The notes under the pieces are model-generated. The model ran no database searches and had not been told where the DNA came from. It worked only from the letters and a program-made list of their open reading frames with translations. A program made the position numbers and the translations under genes. Below, piece after piece: positions 50,734 to 52,230 of a DNA stretch of 52,230 nt (position 1 is the first letter of the stretch; each line of letters opens with the position of its first letter). The stretch lies in contig PS015016.1 in NCBI GenBank assembly GCA_048213135.1, positions 192,681-244,910 of the forward strand, written 5' to 3'. Source of the DNA: Reclinomonas americana ATCC 50394. Its lineage: Eukaryota.

Positions 50734-52230
50734 GTGGAACCAATGGAGGCACCCGACGCCCCAGAAGTGGCATGTGTCAGGACCACCCGCTCGCTCAAGT
50801 TCATCATCACTCTTCACGAGGACGACGACGAGGAGCAAATCATCGAGCACGTCATGGGTTTCCAGGTCACAGATCCGGCCCGACCCCACAGCGCGACCGT
50901 CGACATTCCGGTGATGCGCGATCGACGCACTGGCAAAATTCGCGGCGAGTACACCGTTGGCGACCTGGCCCCCGGCCAAGGCGTCACGCGCATCTTCCGC
51001 ATCTTGGTCAATCACCAAGAGATCGAGGAAGATAGCGCATGGACACCACGCCGCACATACTACACGTTGCGACAGCTGCCCGACAGTATCGATGAAGCAC
51101 GGCAACAGATCCTTGGTTTCCTGGAGAGCGTGGAGCCAGCCAATCCGCAACCAGAGACGCCCCTGCGCCATAGGTGCCCGGTGTCGCGCTTCCGCCTGCA
51201 AGTGTTTGGTGAGTCATGACTTCCACAGCATGCCATTCCTCTCTTTCTATCGTGTCTCACCCATTTATGCTCTCACAGGCGAGGCTCAGAGCGGCAAGAG
51301 TTCGTTTTTCAACACAGTCAAATCGATTCTGGAGAAGCGGTACTGCGCGTCGGCAGTGGTCGGCGCACATGTGGGAACCTCGGGCGTCGGTGTCACTCAT
51401 CACTGGTTCTCTACACCCATTGGCAAGGGAATTGCGCTGCTGGAGAGTTGGTGCGCCAGATTAGTCCAATCGCTCACTCTCTGCTGCCTCTCACTCGGTA
51501 CGACATGACACAGGGGGTTCTGCCTCACCGACGACGGTCAACCGCGTGGTGCGGCAGCAGCTGAAGCCACGCAAGCACTGAGCGACACAGACAGTACTGT
51601 GGCGGCCTCGTATGCACTCCACCTCGAGCCAATGCTGATTGGCGCTCTTCCGGAGGATTTCGACTGTGTCAGAGACCACATTCCCGAGCTGGAGGAGCCC
51701 ACCCTCGAACGCTGCGCGCACTGCGTCATCCTCCTCATCCGTGCCTCGGCCCTCACCGACTTGGACCGCCTGCGTCGGTACAGAGTCTTCTACGGCAGGC
51801 TCCTGGATCGCGGCCTGCAGCCACTGGTGGTCGTCACCATGTGCGACATGATCGATTCCAACATTAGCTGCGGCTCAGTCGCCGCCATCGCCGAGAGCAA
51901 TCCCGTCGAGGAGGCACTGAGCAAGTTCGCCGAAGACTTCGCCGTCGACCGCAGCCACATCTTCCCCATCGTCAACTATCGCGGTCCGTACGCACAACCC
52001 GATGCAGGTGATCAATGCACTCAATGCGTCGCCACCTTCGTCATGCAGCTCACCGTGTCACAGCACTCGAGTACTTGGTGCTCAGCGTACTGAAGGAGGC
52101 CGTGTACCGCGCCCACGATTTCATCGGTGAGTTGTGCATCATGCTCTACATGCACACGTGCGCGCAACAATGCACTCAAACACACAGTGCAGCTGGCGGC
52201 AACATGAGGCGATACAACGGTCACCGTTTT
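50734..52230 (+). CDS. IFI44/IFI44L-like P-loop GTPase (partial at both ends)
   Basis: RLQVFGEAQSGKSSFFNTVKSI (G1), GVT (G2), LLESWG (G3 variant), ERCAHCVILLI, PLVVVTMCD (G4) and IFPIVNY follow the IFI44 family layout. Confidence 0.8.

Noticed and set aside
1-52230. Alternative genetic code or stop-codon readthrough
   Set aside because: All apparent in-frame stops are removed by canonical introns. TAA, TAG and TGA each end conserved genes (TRAPPC2, YOS1, DPM3).

Overview
Gene-dense, intron-rich scaffold of a microbial eukaryote. It uses the standard genetic code, has mostly 60-100 nt introns with CT(C/G/A)AC-type branch points, CA/CT/GA microsatellites in introns, and several N gaps. I manually spliced about 27 genes. 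They include a HERC-type HECT E3 ligase C-terminus, AGFG-like ArfGAP, an LRR protein, PDCD2L, Yos1/IER3IP1, Bub2-like TBC, TRAPPC2, pBrp-type TFIIB, WDR74, DPM3, a WD40-kinase fusion, RRP46, two EF-hand proteins, RPS3A, WBP2-like, LicD, Nup43-like, a PARP-like ART, a UIM-RING E3 and an IFI44-like GTPase. The standout is the splicing system. (1) The HECT catalytic motif AHTCFFSLDLP is assembled from five consecutive single-nucleotide exons (T,T,C,T,T) plus two 4-nt exons, and the same gene has a sixth 1-nt exon and 3-, 5- and 6-nt exons. (2) More than 30 donors belong to a +1-shifted class (GT-T-GCG/GAG/ACG) that I found only after exons not ending in G. The first contig (1-1029) appears inverted relative to the rest. 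All family assignments come from recalled motifs, not database searches.
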